DNA from: an uncultured Alphaproteobacteria bacterium
GTDB lineage: Bacteria; Pseudomonadota; Alphaproteobacteria; Rhizobiales; Hyphomicrobiaceae
Length of the DNA: 64,000 bases
Direction: 5' to 3'
Assembly: GCA_963726795.1 (NCBI GenBank)
Contig: CAVSDD010000008.1
Span: 28,668 to 92,667, forward strand
Shown here in pieces: positions 54,212 through 63,768 of the stretch. The position numbers and the translations under genes are program-made. Position 1 is the first letter of the stretch; the number at the start of each line of letters is the position of its first letter. The notes under the pieces are model-generated. The model searched no databases. It was given only the letters and a program-made list of their open reading frames with translations, and was not told where the DNA came from.

Positions 54212-54895
54212 ATGGGGGAGCCGCGCGACCTCTGGGTATTCGCTTACGGCTCTCTGATGTGGCGTCCGGGCTTTGCGTACGCCGACGCCGTGCACGCGCG
54301 CCTCGTCGGCTGGGGCCGCTCCTTCTGCATCTATTCGCGCTACTACCGCGGCTCGCCGCGGCGGCCGGGGCTGGTGCTCGGTCTCGACCGCGGCGGCGCG
54401 TGCGAGGGCATCGCGTTCCGCATCCCGGCGCCCGACGTTGCCGCGACGCTGAATTATCTGCGCGAGCGCGAACAGGTGGTCAGCGTCTACCGCGAGGCGC
54501 TGGTACCGCTGACGCTGGTGACGACCGGGCGGCCGGAGGTCACGGCGCTGGCGTTTCTCGTCGAGCGCGCGCATCCAAGCTACGCCGGGCAGTTGAGCCT
54601 CGCACACCAGGCGCAGTTCATCCGGGGCGCCGTGGGACGCACGGGCAGCAACATCGACTATCTCGTCAGCACGCTCGCGCATTTGCAGGAGCTCGGCATT
54701 CGCGAACGCTCGCTCGAGCGTCTCCTCACGGTCGTTGGCGCGCACGTCGCGCGCGGCGAGGCGCTGGAGCACGCGCGTCCTGCAGCCGTCGGCCTGACCA
54801 AGCAGTGGGCGGCTTTGCCGGTGCGCACGCGCAGGCGGCTGCGGCCTGAGGACGCGCGCCGGTTCAGCTACCGCAGCGCGCTCGGCGTTCGCTAG
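54212..54895 (+). CDS. chaC: gamma-glutamylcyclotransferase, ChaC family
   Basis: ORF 54212..54895. LWVFAYGSLMWRPGF, GSPRRPGLVLGLDRGGACEGIAFRI, YLREREQV. Confidence 0.8.
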   Translation: MGEPRDLWVFAYGSLMWRPGFAYADAVHARLVGWGRSFCIYSRYYRGSPRRPGLVLGLDRGGACEGIAFRIPAPDVAATLNYLREREQVVSVYREALVPLTLVTTGRPEVTALAFLVERAHPSYAGQLSLAHQAQFIRGAVGRTGSNIDYLVSTLAHLQELGIRERSLERLLTVVGAHVARGEALEHARPAAVGLTKQWAALPVRTRRRLRPEDARRFSYRSALGVR

Positions 54896-54976
54896 CGGTG
54901 TGAGGCGGCCCCAAACGCCGAACGCGCGCTGGCAAGGCGCGCGTTCGGGACGACGGGAGTTGCCGGGAAAGAGATT

Positions 54977-55411
54977 TTAGTTGGCGGAAGAGCGGCCAGC
55001 CATGTTGGCGAAGGCCTTCTCGACCTGACCGGTCTTGAGATCGAACTCGACCATGCGGCTCACCTTGGGTGACTCGGCCAGCAGGTGCACATGGACCTCG
55101 TGTGCGCCAAGCTCGGCGCCGCGCTGGCGGATCTCGGCCAGGTTGAGCGAGGGCGACGCATTGCGAACGCGGCCGATGGACAGGATCTGGCGACGCGCGC
55201 CCGGCTCGCGCCGCACCAGCACGTAGTTCGCCGGCGGCAGCGTAGGGCAATCGATCAGATCATAAATCGTGTGGACGTAACGCTTGCCTGATGCGCCGGT
55301 CCAGAAGTGGAAGCGATTTCCCGCGACCGGCTTTGACTCTTTCGCCGCATGCACTTCGCTTTCGAGGCGCTGCGCCCGATAGGCGGCGAGCTCAATAATA
55401 CGCGCACTCAT
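54977..55411 (-). CDS. 144-aa hypothetical protein
   Basis: In frame with ORF 54977..55489, starting at ATG 55411 (MSARIIELAAYRAQRLE...). The composition is coding-like and I did not recognise a domain. Confidence 0.5.
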   Translation of the reverse strand: MSARIIELAAYRAQRLESEVHAAKESKPVAGNRFHFWTGASGKRYVHTIYDLIDCPTLPPANYVLVRREPGARRQILSIGRVRNASPSLNLAEIRQRGAELGAHEVHVHLLAESPKVSRMVEFDLKTGQVEKAFANMAGRSSAN

Positions 55412-55651
55412 GACTGACGATCCCTCAGTGGCCAACAGGCCAACGCTCTGTTCGACGCCGTTTTTTGTTTGGGACAGCCTATGCTGCATTGCTTAACGAT
55501 GCCCCGGGTTTCGAGCATTTGTGTGGCTCGATCTCAGTGTTTTTGCGGCAGAGTGAACGCAATCTTGCCGCACGTTATGAACATTGCGAGCGAGCCGGAT
55601 TTGCGCGCACTTCTGCGAGGTTAATGCGCCGGGTTGAGCGCGAGCGGCGCG

Positions 55652-58144
55652 TCATCCACAGCGCGAGAACCCGCAATTTTGACACGTCCAGCAGCCTTCG
55701 CGCTGCACGTAGTCGGCCGAGGAGCAGCGCGGACAGAGCTTGGGCCTGACGGTGCGCGCGTCGCTCCGCGCTTCGGGGCCGTGGGCGGGAGCGCCGCTCT
55801 CCTGCGCGCCGTGCTGACCCGCTACGGCGGCATGGCGCTGCGGTTGACCAAGCTCGAGGCGCTGGGCTTCACCCTGCAAAAAGCCCGTACGGATCATGTG
55901 CGTCTCGATCACCTCGCCGATGGCGGCGAGCAGGCTCGGCACGTACCGGCCCGCGACCCAATGGCCGCCTTGAGGATCGAACACGGCCTTCAATTCCTCG
56001 GCGACGAAGGTGACGTCGCCGCCGCGGCGGAACACGGCGCTGATCATGCGCGTCAGCGCGACCGTCCAGGCGTAGTGCTCGAGGTTGCGCGTGTTGATGA
56101 AGATCTCGAACGGCCGTCTTCGTGGACCGTGCCCGCCTCCGGCAGGACCCTCGCGCTCGATGTCGTTGATGGTCACGTAGATCGCGTGGTCGCTGCCGGG
56201 CCATTTGAGCTTGTAGGTGTAGCCCGACAGGATGCCCTCGCGCTCCAAGGGCGGCGCCATGGAGACGACGTTGGCGCGCTCCTCGGCTGGGAGTTGCGCG
56301 ACTTCGACGCGGCGCTCTGGGGGTTTCTCTAAGGGTTTGACGCTCGGCTTCGCCTCCGGGGGAGGAGGTGGCGGCGACGCCGGTTCCGGCTCGGCTGAGC
56401 GCAGCACGGCGCCCGTGACCGCGTTCGGCCGGTAGGTGGTGCAACCTTTGAGCCCCAACGCGTGCGCCTCGAGGTACACGTCCTTGAAGGCATCGAATGC
56501 GATTTCCTCCGGCACGTTGATGGTCTTGGAGATTGCGCTGTCGACGAACGGCTGCATCGCCGCCTGCATCAGGAGGTGCTTGCGCGGCTCGATCTCGCCG
56601 GCGCGCACGAAGCTTGCAGGCAGCGGGGCGGCGGGGCCGAACTGGCGCTTGAAGAGCGCGTGCGCGTAGTCCTCGACCTGCTCCTCGTGCGAGGCGCCGT
56701 CCTTGCTCAGCACCCGGCGCCGGTAGAGGTAATCAAACACCGGCTCGATGCCGCTCGAGACGTTGCCGGCGAGCAGCGAGATCGTTCCCGTCGGCGCAAT
56801 CGAGGTGAGGCAGCCGTTGCGGATGCCGTGACGGCGGATCGCCGCCTGCACGGGCGCGTCCAGCAGCGCGACGTTGGGACTGGCGAGGAAGCGCTTCTCG
56901 GCAAACAGCGGGAAGGCACCCTTCTCTGCGGCGAGTTCGGCGCTCGCCTCATAGGCGGCGTTTTGGATCGCGGCCATCCAGCTGCCGGCAAGCGCTGCGG
57001 CTTCCTCGCTGCCGTAGGTCTTGCCGCAGAAAATGAGCGCGTCCGCGAGCCCGGTGATGCCGAGGCCGATGCGGCGCTTGGCTTTCGCTTCCTTGCGCTG
57101 GGGCTTCAACGGGTAGTTCGAGATATCGATGGCGTTGTCGAGGAAGCGCACCGCAAGCGCGACGCGCTCTTCCAGTTTTGCGCGGTCGAGCGTTGCATTG
57201 GGCGTGAACGGGCGCTCGATCAACTGCGCAAGGTTGATCGAGCCCAAAAGGCACGCGCCGTAAGCCGGCAACGGCTGCTCCCCGCACGGGTTTGTCGCGT
57301 GGATTTCCTCGCAATAGTTGAGGTTGTTGCGCTGGTTGATGCGGTCGATGAAGACCACGCCCGGCTCGGCGAAGTCGTACGTCGCCTGCATGATGCGCTC
57401 CCACAGCGCGCGCGCTTGCACCGTGCGGTAGACCTTGCCGCCGAATGTGAGCTCCCAGGGGGCGTCCGCGCGCACGGCGGCGAGGAAGGCGTCCGTCACG
57501 AGCACCGACAGGTTAAAATTGCGCAGGCGCGCCGGGTCGGACTTGGCGGCAATGAACGTCTCGATATCGGGATGATCGCAGCGCAGCGTCGCCATCATCG
57601 CGCCCCGGCGTGAGCCGGCCGACATGATGGTGCGGCACATGGCGTCCCACACGTCCATGAAGCTGACGGGGCCGGAGGCGTCGGCGCCGATGGAGGCAAC
57701 GCGCGCGCCCTGCGGACGCAGGGTGGAGAAATCGTGCCCGATGCCGCCGCCCTGCTGCATCGTCAGCGCGGCTTCCTTCACGCCCTCGAAGATGGCACCC
57801 AGATCATCGCGGATCTCGCCCAGAACGAAACAGTTGAACAGCGTTACGCCGCGCCCCGTGCCGGCCCCGGCCAGGATGCGGCCCGCGGGGAGGAAGCCGA
57901 AATCGGCAATTGCGCCGTGAAAGCGCTGGGCCCACTTCTCACGCTTCTTCTTGCCGCCCTTTTCGGCCGCGGCCACGCCGCGGGCGACGCGCCAGAACGT
58001 GTCATCGAGCGTCGCGTCGATGGCGTCGCCTTGCAGCGTCTTGAAGCGGTATTTCCGGTCCCAGATTTCGCGCGCGATCGGCGCCAGGAACTGAGTTTGA
58101 ACCTGCGACAGGAACTGCGGCTCGGACTTGAACTTGCTGGACAT
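55652..58144 (-). CDS. nrdJ: class II (adenosylcobalamin-dependent) ribonucleotide reductase
   Basis: ORF 55652..58201. ATG 58144 is preferred because a sigma70-like promoter overlaps the longer start. FLPAGRILAGAG, LFNCFV, QGGGIGHDFSTLRP, NPCGEQPLP, SKTINVP, and the C-terminal CPRCSS...CWTCQNCGFSRCG zinc ribbon. Confidence 0.9.
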   Translation of the reverse strand: MSSKFKSEPQFLSQVQTQFLAPIAREIWDRKYRFKTLQGDAIDATLDDTFWRVARGVAAAEKGGKKKREKWAQRFHGAIADFGFLPAGRILAGAGTGRGVTLFNCFVLGEIRDDLGAIFEGVKEAALTMQQGGGIGHDFSTLRPQGARVASIGADASGPVSFMDVWDAMCRTIMSAGSRRGAMMATLRCDHPDIETFIAAKSDPARLRNFNLSVLVTDAFLAAVRADAPWELTFGGKVYRTVQARALWERIMQATYDFAEPGVVFIDRINQRNNLNYCEEIHATNPCGEQPLPAYGACLLGSINLAQLIERPFTPNATLDRAKLEERVALAVRFLDNAIDISNYPLKPQRKEAKAKRRIGLGITGLADALIFCGKTYGSEEAAALAGSWMAAIQNAAYEASAELAAEKGAFPLFAEKRFLASPNVALLDAPVQAAIRRHGIRNGCLTSIAPTGTISLLAGNVSSGIEPVFDYLYRRRVLSKDGASHEEQVEDYAHALFKRQFGPAAPLPASFVRAGEIEPRKHLLMQAAMQPFVDSAISKTINVPEEIAFDAFKDVYLEAHALGLKGCTTYRPNAVTGAVLRSAEPEPASPPPPPPEAKPSVKPLEKPPERRVEVAQLPAEERANVVSMAPPLEREGILSGYTYKLKWPGSDHAIYVTINDIEREGPAGGGHGPRRRPFEIFINTRNLEHYAWTVALTRMISAVFRRGGDVTFVAEELKAVFDPQGGHWVAGRYVPSLLAAIGEVIETHMIRTGFLQGEAQRLELGQPQRHAAVAGQHGAQESGAPAHGPEARSDARTVRPKLCPRCSSADYVQREGCWTCQNCGFSRCG

Positions 58145-58180
58145 TTTCGAGCTTTCGGCGTCTCGCGGAATGGCCAGACT

Positions 58181-58208
58181 AATATGGGGCCGAGACGCCA
58201 AAAGTCAA
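58181..58208 (-). promoter_or_regulatory. sigma70-like promoter candidate for nrdJ
   Basis: The reverse strand reads TTGACT (58208..58203), a 16-nt spacer, then CATATT (58186..58181), about 35 nt upstream of ATG 58144. Confidence 0.35.
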
Positions 58209-58256
58209 TTAATGTTCTTCATATGTTCACATAAAGTTCGCCGCTGTCGAACGGTG

Positions 58257-58427
58257 CCCAAAACGAAAAGGACGCTGATCCGGGGGGAGGATCAGCGTCC
58301 ATCGTATGCCACAAGCCCCTGAGGGGAACGGGGGTCTTCCGCGGGGGGACACGGAAGGGTGGCTGGCACACATGTAGGTAACGGCGTTCGCAAAACAAAG
58401 ATCCACGGGGCCGATTTAATCGCGCGT
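58257..58427 (-). ncRNA. candidate ~170-nt structured sRNA (or structured plsC 3' UTR) ending in a strong intrinsic terminator
   Basis: On the reverse strand there is an AT-rich promoter-like TTGATT-N17-TAAAAC (58462..58434). Nested helices follow: GCCAC...GUGGC enclosing CUUCCG/CGGAAG and CCCCU/AGGGG hairpins with C-rich loops. It ends in the perfect 12-bp terminator GGACGCUGAUCC-uccccc c-GGAUCAGCGUCC (58300..58270) plus UUUUCGUUUU. Confidence 0.35.
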
Positions 58428-58484
58428 GGATAGGTTTTAATAATCATAAATAGCATAATCAAAACAACGCTCTGACGGAATTGG

Positions 58485-59285
58485 TTAGCGCGCTGTCGAG
58501 TTTGTCGCGGCCGAAATTCGTTGAACGGCCTCCGCGGGAAGCGGCGGAGGCTCGGGCGACTGGGCCGCTTCCCGGATAAGCCGGTCCGAAGCGGCTTCGA
58601 TGCGTGCCTCGAGCAGGCCGCGGAACTCAGCCCGCGGCAGGCCCGGCGGAATGGGGTCGAGGATCTCGACGATGATGGTGCCGGGATAGCGCATGAAGCT
58701 GCGCCGCGGCCAATAGAGGCCTGAGTTGAGCGCGACCGGCACGCACGGCAGCCCAAGCCCCTCGTACAGCGCGACGACGCCCGGCTTGTAGTCGGGCGCA
58801 GCGCCCGGCGTGCGCCGAGTACCTTCGGGGAAGATCACGACCTCGCGCCCTGCCGCGGTGCGCGCGTTGCCGTCACGCAACAGCTGGCGCAGGGCGCTCG
58901 GGCCCCGGTCGCGCCTGACGAACACGTGCTCGAACTTTCGCGAGAACCAGCCGTGGAACGGGATGTGACGCAGCTCGGCCTTCATCACCATTGCCGGGTC
59001 GGAGAAAATGGGGATCAGCGCGAAGGTGTCCCACGCCGACTGGTGCTTGGAGGCGACGAGATAGGGCGGCTTGGGGAGCTTCTCGCGCCCGCGCACCTCC
59101 ATTTTGGTGCCGACGATCCATTTCAGCAGCCAAAGCGAGACGCGCGCGTGTGCCCGGAGGCCCGCCATCGCGTAGCGGCGAGGCCCGAGCAGCAGGAACG
59201 AGCCCAGCACCACGAACATCGCGGTGGTGAGGTAGAAGAGCGGGACGAAGATCAGCGAGCGCAGCAGAACCAAGGGCGGCCTCAA
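58485..59285 (-). CDS. plsC: 1-acyl-sn-glycerol-3-phosphate acyltransferase
   Basis: In frame with ORF 58485..59645. TTG 59285 overlaps the upstream stop (ATTTGA). SKHQSAWDTF (HX4D-type block with Q), VIFPEGTR, and an N-terminal TM. Confidence 0.8.
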   Translation of the reverse strand: MRPPLVLLRSLIFVPLFYLTTAMFVVLGSFLLLGPRRYAMAGLRAHARVSLWLLKWIVGTKMEVRGREKLPKPPYLVASKHQSAWDTFALIPIFSDPAMVMKAELRHIPFHGWFSRKFEHVFVRRDRGPSALRQLLRDGNARTAAGREVVIFPEGTRRTPGAAPDYKPGVVALYEGLGLPCVPVALNSGLYWPRRSFMRYPGTIIVEILDPIPPGLPRAEFRGLLEARIEAASDRLIREAAQSPEPPPLPAEAVQRISAATNSTAR

Positions 59286-59929
59286 ATCCCGGCCTTGCGC
59301 TGGGCCGGGTTCTCGGCGAGCGAGCCCGCCTCGCGGCGGCCGACGACGCGCGCAACCGTCAGCTGCGCCGCGGCCGGCAGGAACTTCAGATATTCTGATA
59401 CGAGAAGCCGCGTCGCCGAACGGCTCAGCCACCAGTAGCTGACCGGGAAATTGTCGGGCACGATCGGGTGCGGGATGAGTTGCGCCGAGGGAAGCGCAAG
59501 CGAGATCTCGGCCAGGCTGCGCGGCATGTGATAGCTCGCCGTCACGATGATGAGCGTCGCGTAGCGACGGGCCGACGCCCAGGTCCTCGCCTCGTCCGCG
59601 TTGCCGGCGGTGTCGAGTGCCGCATAGCCCAAGTCGACGCAGCAATCGAACGTCTGCTCAGGCAACCCTGAGATCTTCATCAGTGCGCGCTTGCCGGTGT
59701 GCTTGTAGACGCCGGAGATCAGCATGCGCTCGGCGCGGCCCTCGCTCAGCAGACGCGCGCCTTCCGCGATGCGCCGGCTTTCGCCCGTGAGCACCACGAT
59801 GCCGTCGGCGTGTACATCGCCGGGTGCGGGCTCGCGCGTCACCGTGGAAGCGAACACGATGAAGCCGAGCGCCAGCAGTGCCACTGCCGCCACCGCCACA
59901 CCAGCCAACACTCGGAGCAGTTTTTTCAT
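59282..59929 (-). CDS. YdcF/DUF218 (ElyC/SanA-like) family protein
   Basis: ORF 59282..59929. Signal anchor, then GIVVLTGESRRIAEGARLL...LISGV...LIIVTASYHMPRS. Confidence 0.8.
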   Translation of the reverse strand: MKKLLRVLAGVAVAAVALLALGFIVFASTVTREPAPGDVHADGIVVLTGESRRIAEGARLLSEGRAERMLISGVYKHTGKRALMKISGLPEQTFDCCVDLGYAALDTAGNADEARTWASARRYATLIIVTASYHMPRSLAEISLALPSAQLIPHPIVPDNFPVSYWWLSRSATRLLVSEYLKFLPAAAQLTVARVVGRREAGSLAENPAQRKAGI

Positions 59930-60089
59930 CGCTTGATGGAGCGTCGCCTAGCCCGGACCAGCCTCAGTTCCCCGCCGTGTTTCCCGCTCTGTTCAAGGGA
60001 TAAGACTAGCCGATTTGGTCGCGCTTGTGACCCGCCTGTGCACAGGCGTGCAAAGGGGCCTTTTGCGCTGCGGTAACGGGGAGAAGCCC

Positions 60090-61196
60090 TTAAGGCTTGG
60101 CGTTGAGGACGCGGAACACGCCGAATCGCGAGGTCAGCGTGCACAGCACCGCGATGATGACGACGACACCGCCGAGCAACACATAGCCCTCAATGTCGAG
60201 GCCGCCGGTGCCGACCAGGCGATGCACCTCGGCGACCGTGACGCCGCCGCCGCCGACCAGCTCCATGACGGCGGTCATCGATAGAAACACTCCCATGGCG
60301 CACACGGCGCCGACGAGGCCAGCGCGCACGCCCAGCCGGAGGAAATGCTTTTCGAACTCGCGCGCGATGTAACGGTCGGTCGCGCCGACGAGGTGGAGCA
60401 CCTCGATGATTTCCCGGTTGGACGCCATCGCGGATTGTGTGGCGGAGATGATGATCGCGGTCGTCGCCGCGGCGACGAGCAGCAGGATAGCGAGGCCGGC
60501 GAGCGCAAAGGAGCGCGTCACCGTGCGGATCTGGCGTTGCCAGTGGCGATGATCGTCGATCGAGACGCCGGGATAGTCCTTGGCGAGGTCGGCGCGCAGC
60601 GCGGTGAGATCGGGCGGAGCATCGCGATCGACCTCGATCGCAATGAGGCGCGGAACGGGAAGCGAGGCCAGCACGTCCGACTGTCCGAGCCAGGGCTCCA
60701 GCATCTTGGAGGAATCGGCAAGGCTCACCGCATTCGCGTGCGCGATGCCGGCATGGTGCTGCAGGTAGCCTTCCACCTCGGCCAGCAAGTGCTCCATGTC
60801 GACGTTTTCGCGCGGCTCGACCTGCGCGGTCATCTCGCTGGCGATGTCCTTGAGCCACGCGTTCTTGGATTCGTTGATCATGTAGACGCAGCCGGCCGTG
60901 AGACAGGCGAGGAAGCACATGATCGTAATAACGAGCGTGAGCGAGCGGCCCGTGACCGAATCGGGTGGCACGACCGGGGTCTGGCGCTTGCGCTCGTTGC
61001 GTTGCGCCCCGCGCGCGCCAAAGTCGTGGCGCGGCTGCTCGCGCTTTGCGGGCGCGGGCGCCGGCGTCTCGTAGAGATAGGCCTGAGAGTCGGTCCCCCC
61101 GCGATGCCCGGTGATCACGTCCTCGTAAGGATCGTACTCGGGATTCGTTGGCAACGTGGAGCGCCGCCCGTCGGGTCTGTCATACGATCCGGACAT
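60090..61196 (-). CDS. ftsX: cell division ABC transporter permease FtsX-like
   Basis: ORF 60090..61196. A cytoplasmic N-terminal extension, a TM, a periplasmic domain, and three C-terminal TMs with EIIEVLHLVGATDRYIAREF. Confidence 0.8.
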   Translation of the reverse strand: MSGSYDRPDGRRSTLPTNPEYDPYEDVITGHRGGTDSQAYLYETPAPAPAKREQPRHDFGARGAQRNERKRQTPVVPPDSVTGRSLTLVITIMCFLACLTAGCVYMINESKNAWLKDIASEMTAQVEPRENVDMEHLLAEVEGYLQHHAGIAHANAVSLADSSKMLEPWLGQSDVLASLPVPRLIAIEVDRDAPPDLTALRADLAKDYPGVSIDDHRHWQRQIRTVTRSFALAGLAILLLVAAATTAIIISATQSAMASNREIIEVLHLVGATDRYIAREFEKHFLRLGVRAGLVGAVCAMGVFLSMTAVMELVGGGGVTVAEVHRLVGTGGLDIEGYVLLGGVVVIIAVLCTLTSRFGVFRVLNAKP

Positions 61197-61836
61197 GGCC
61201 CTCGTGCAGCTCCAGACGCGGCGCCTTGAATTGCCGCATCAATTGATGATCGTGGGTGGCGATCAGCACGGATGTGCCGAGGCGGTTGAGCTCGATGAAC
61301 AGCCGCAGCAGGCGGCGTGCCATTTGCGGGTCGACGTTGCCCGTCGGCTCGTCGGCGAGCAGCAGCTCGGGCTTGCCGATCACCGCGCGCGCGATCGCCG
61401 CGCGCTGCTTTTCTCCGCCCGAAAGAATGGAGGGATAGGAGTGCATGCGGTCGCCGAGACCGACCCACTGCAACAAATCCGTCACGTCCTCGCGGTAGTC
61501 GGCGATGCGCTTGCCGACGACTCGCAGCGGCAGGGCGACGTTTTCCCAGGTTGTCAGATGGTCGAGCAGGCGGAAGTCCTGGAACACGATGCCGATGCGG
61601 CGGCGCAGCTGGGCGCGCTTGGCCGTCGAGATGCGGCTGACGTCCTGGTTGAAAAGGTAAATGTGACCCCGGGTCGGGTGCAGCGACATGAATAGCAACC
61701 GCAACAGCGACGTCTTCCCCGCGCCCGAGGGGCCGGTGAGGAAGTGGAACGATCCCGATCGGAGATGGAAGTTCACCTCGCCGAGGACCTCTCCCCCGTG
61801 GTCATAGGAGAGCCCGATGTTCGTCAATCGAATCAC
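61180..61836 (-). CDS. ftsE: cell division ATP-binding protein FtsE
   Basis: In frame with ORF 61180..61908, starting at GTG 61836 (VIRLTNIGLSYD). GPSGAGKTS, LSGGEKQRAAIARA, LLLADEPTGNVD. Confidence 0.85.
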   Translation of the reverse strand: MIRLTNIGLSYDHGGEVLGEVNFHLRSGSFHFLTGPSGAGKTSLLRLLFMSLHPTRGHIYLFNQDVSRISTAKRAQLRRRIGIVFQDFRLLDHLTTWENVALPLRVVGKRIADYREDVTDLLQWVGLGDRMHSYPSILSGGEKQRAAIARAVIGKPELLLADEPTGNVDPQMARRLLRLFIELNRLGTSVLIATHDHQLMRQFKAPRLELHEGHVRIV

Positions 61837-62048
61837 GAGTATCAGCCGGCGTTTGTTGCGGAAAAAACTTAGGGAGCGCAGCCCCCTGGCGACGCGACCA
61901 GCGATCAATCGACAGGATTGTGGCTTGTTCGTGGGCTAGAAGCCGCCACATACGGGACCGGGACGTTATGGCGGCATTGTCCCGCGGATGCAATGTCCTG
62001 CTATCCTGACATCGGCAACTGATAACAACCGCGATCGGAAAGCGGAAA

Positions 62049-62597
62049 ATGGATACCCCTACGACGACCAACCCCGTGCTCGAGGTGATCTTCACTCCCG
62101 AGGAGATCTCCCGGCGCTTGGTCGAAATGGCCCACACGATCAAGGGGGAAAGCCTCGAGAACCTGATGGTCGTGGCGATCCTGAAAGGCAGCTTCGTGTT
62201 TGCCGCGGACCTGATCCGCGCCCTGCACGGGGTGGGGCTCGCGCCCGAGGTCGACTTCATGACGCTGTCGAGTTACCGCAAGGCGCGCATTTCCGGCGGG
62301 CAGGTTTCGATCCTGCGCGACATGGACCTCGAGGTGACCGATCGCAACGTCATGATCGTGGACGACGTGCTCGATTCCGGGCGCACGCTCGCGTTCGCCA
62401 AGGATCTGATCGCCGCGCGCGGCGCCAAGTCGATCCGGACCTGCGTGCTGCTCGATAAGCAGGCACCCCGCGCCGTGCAGCTTCAACCCGACTACTGTGC
62501 CTTCGAGTGCCCGGACGTGTTCGTGGTCGGCTACGGCATGGACGTGGCGCACCGTTACCGCGAGCTGCCCTTCGTCGGGCGCGTCGTGCGCGAGTGA
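62049..62597 (+). CDS. hpt: hypoxanthine phosphoribosyltransferase
   Basis: ORF 62049..62597. LKGSFVFAADL, VMIVDDVLDSGRTL (PRPP loop), VGYGMDVAHRYRELPFV. Confidence 0.9.
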   Translation: MDTPTTTNPVLEVIFTPEEISRRLVEMAHTIKGESLENLMVVAILKGSFVFAADLIRALHGVGLAPEVDFMTLSSYRKARISGGQVSILRDMDLEVTDRNVMIVDDVLDSGRTLAFAKDLIAARGAKSIRTCVLLDKQAPRAVQLQPDYCAFECPDVFVVGYGMDVAHRYRELPFVGRVVRE

Positions 62598-62621
62598 ACG
62601 AGTTCAACGAAAGGGCGATGG

Positions 62622-62984
62622 ATGGCGCGGATACTGCTGGCCGATGACGACAGCTCGACGCGCGATCTGGTGAAACGCGCGCTGGAGAGCGACGGCCACA
62701 GCGTGGTCGTGACGCAAGACGGCAACGAGGCGCTGGAGCGCTTGAAACAGGACGGCGCCCAGTTCGATGTACTCGTCTCCGACGTGGAGATGCCGATGCT
62801 CGATGGCATCGCGCTGGCCGAGCGCGCCTTTGCGCTGCAGCCCAAGGTGCGCGTGCTGCTCATGTCGGGGTTTACCGAGCAGCTCGATCGCGCGAAAGAA
62901 TTAAAGGGCGCGCATGTGGGCGTGGTGTCGAAGCCGTTCACGCTCGAGCAGGTGCGCGAGCGCGTCCGCAAGCTGCTGGCGTGA
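62622..62984 (+). CDS. cpdR: single-domain response regulator, CpdR-like
   Basis: ORF 62622..62984. MARILLADDDSSTRDLV...FDVLVSDVEMPMLDGIALA...VLLMSGF...VVSKPFTLEQV. The position next to hpt matches cpdR in other alphaproteobacteria (from memory). Confidence 0.7.
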   Translation: MARILLADDDSSTRDLVKRALESDGHSVVVTQDGNEALERLKQDGAQFDVLVSDVEMPMLDGIALAERAFALQPKVRVLLMSGFTEQLDRAKELKGAHVGVVSKPFTLEQVRERVRKLLA

Positions 62985-62988
62985 CGCG

Positions 62989-63702
62989 CTAGGGCTTTGC
63001 TGCCGGAGCTGCGGGTGGAGATTTCGCGGGCGTGGTGGCCGCGGTCGGCGGGGCGACGGGAGCCGCGCGTGTGCAGTTGGCCTTGATGTTGATCTCGGCG
63101 ACCTTCTTGCGCGCCGCGAGTGCGCCCGAGAACGGCTTGAACGACAGCTTGGTCAGCTTATAGAGCTCATCCGTGAAGGTCGCGCCGCAATCGAGCACAA
63201 ACTGGTGCAGCTCGGCCATCCGGCAGGTTTCGAGGATCGGCACGACGTTGTCGCCCGCGAGCTTGCGGTCGTAGGCGGTGGTCAGGCAGCGGTCGACCTC
63301 GGCCATGGCGCCGACGAGGTCGTCCTCGAAGCTGCGCTCGAGCGTGGCGAATTTCAGATCGCCGCCGACCTCGCGGATGACGAACAGGTTCAACAGAATG
63401 TTCTTGTTCCAGTCGACGTAGGCTTCGTCGTAGGCGCGCTTGCGGAACTGGATCTCGTCCAGCGGGGCGTTGCGCCGCATCGAGGAAACCACCATGCCGG
63501 CGCGGGTGCGCCGGTCGTAGATGAGGTTTGCGATCGTCTCGACCGATTTGCGCCGGGTCTGCTGGGCCGCGTAGGTCTGCGCCAGCCACGCGCCGACGCC
63601 GGCCGTGACGATGCCGTTGAGGATGGCCGAGATCAGCGCGAAGATGATGAGCTGCTGGCGGGTCAGCTCCGCCGATCGCAGCAGGCGAAATCCCCCGGCC
63701 AT
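62989..63702 (-). CDS. membrane-anchored hypothetical protein
   Basis: ORF 62989..63702. One N-terminal TM (LIIFALISAILNGIVTAGVGAWLA) and a Pro/Ala-rich C-terminal tail. Confidence 0.5.
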   Translation of the reverse strand: MAGGFRLLRSAELTRQQLIIFALISAILNGIVTAGVGAWLAQTYAAQQTRRKSVETIANLIYDRRTRAGMVVSSMRRNAPLDEIQFRKRAYDEAYVDWNKNILLNLFVIREVGGDLKFATLERSFEDDLVGAMAEVDRCLTTAYDRKLAGDNVVPILETCRMAELHQFVLDCGATFTDELYKLTKLSFKPFSGALAARKKVAEINIKANCTRAAPVAPPTAATTPAKSPPAAPAAKP

Positions 63703-63768
63703 ATGCTCCCCCTATCGCGCAGCCCAGTACCCACCCTGTACGCCACACGACATTCTAGACGCGACAAG

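Noticed and set aside
58202-58484. Possible adenosylcobalamin riboswitch or NrdR boxes upstream of nrdJ.
   Set aside because: I could not find a convincing B12-box or the conserved cobalamin riboswitch core. The AT-rich stretches are not good 16-bp NrdR palindromes. A 7/9 DnaA-box-like CTATCCACG is too weak to call.
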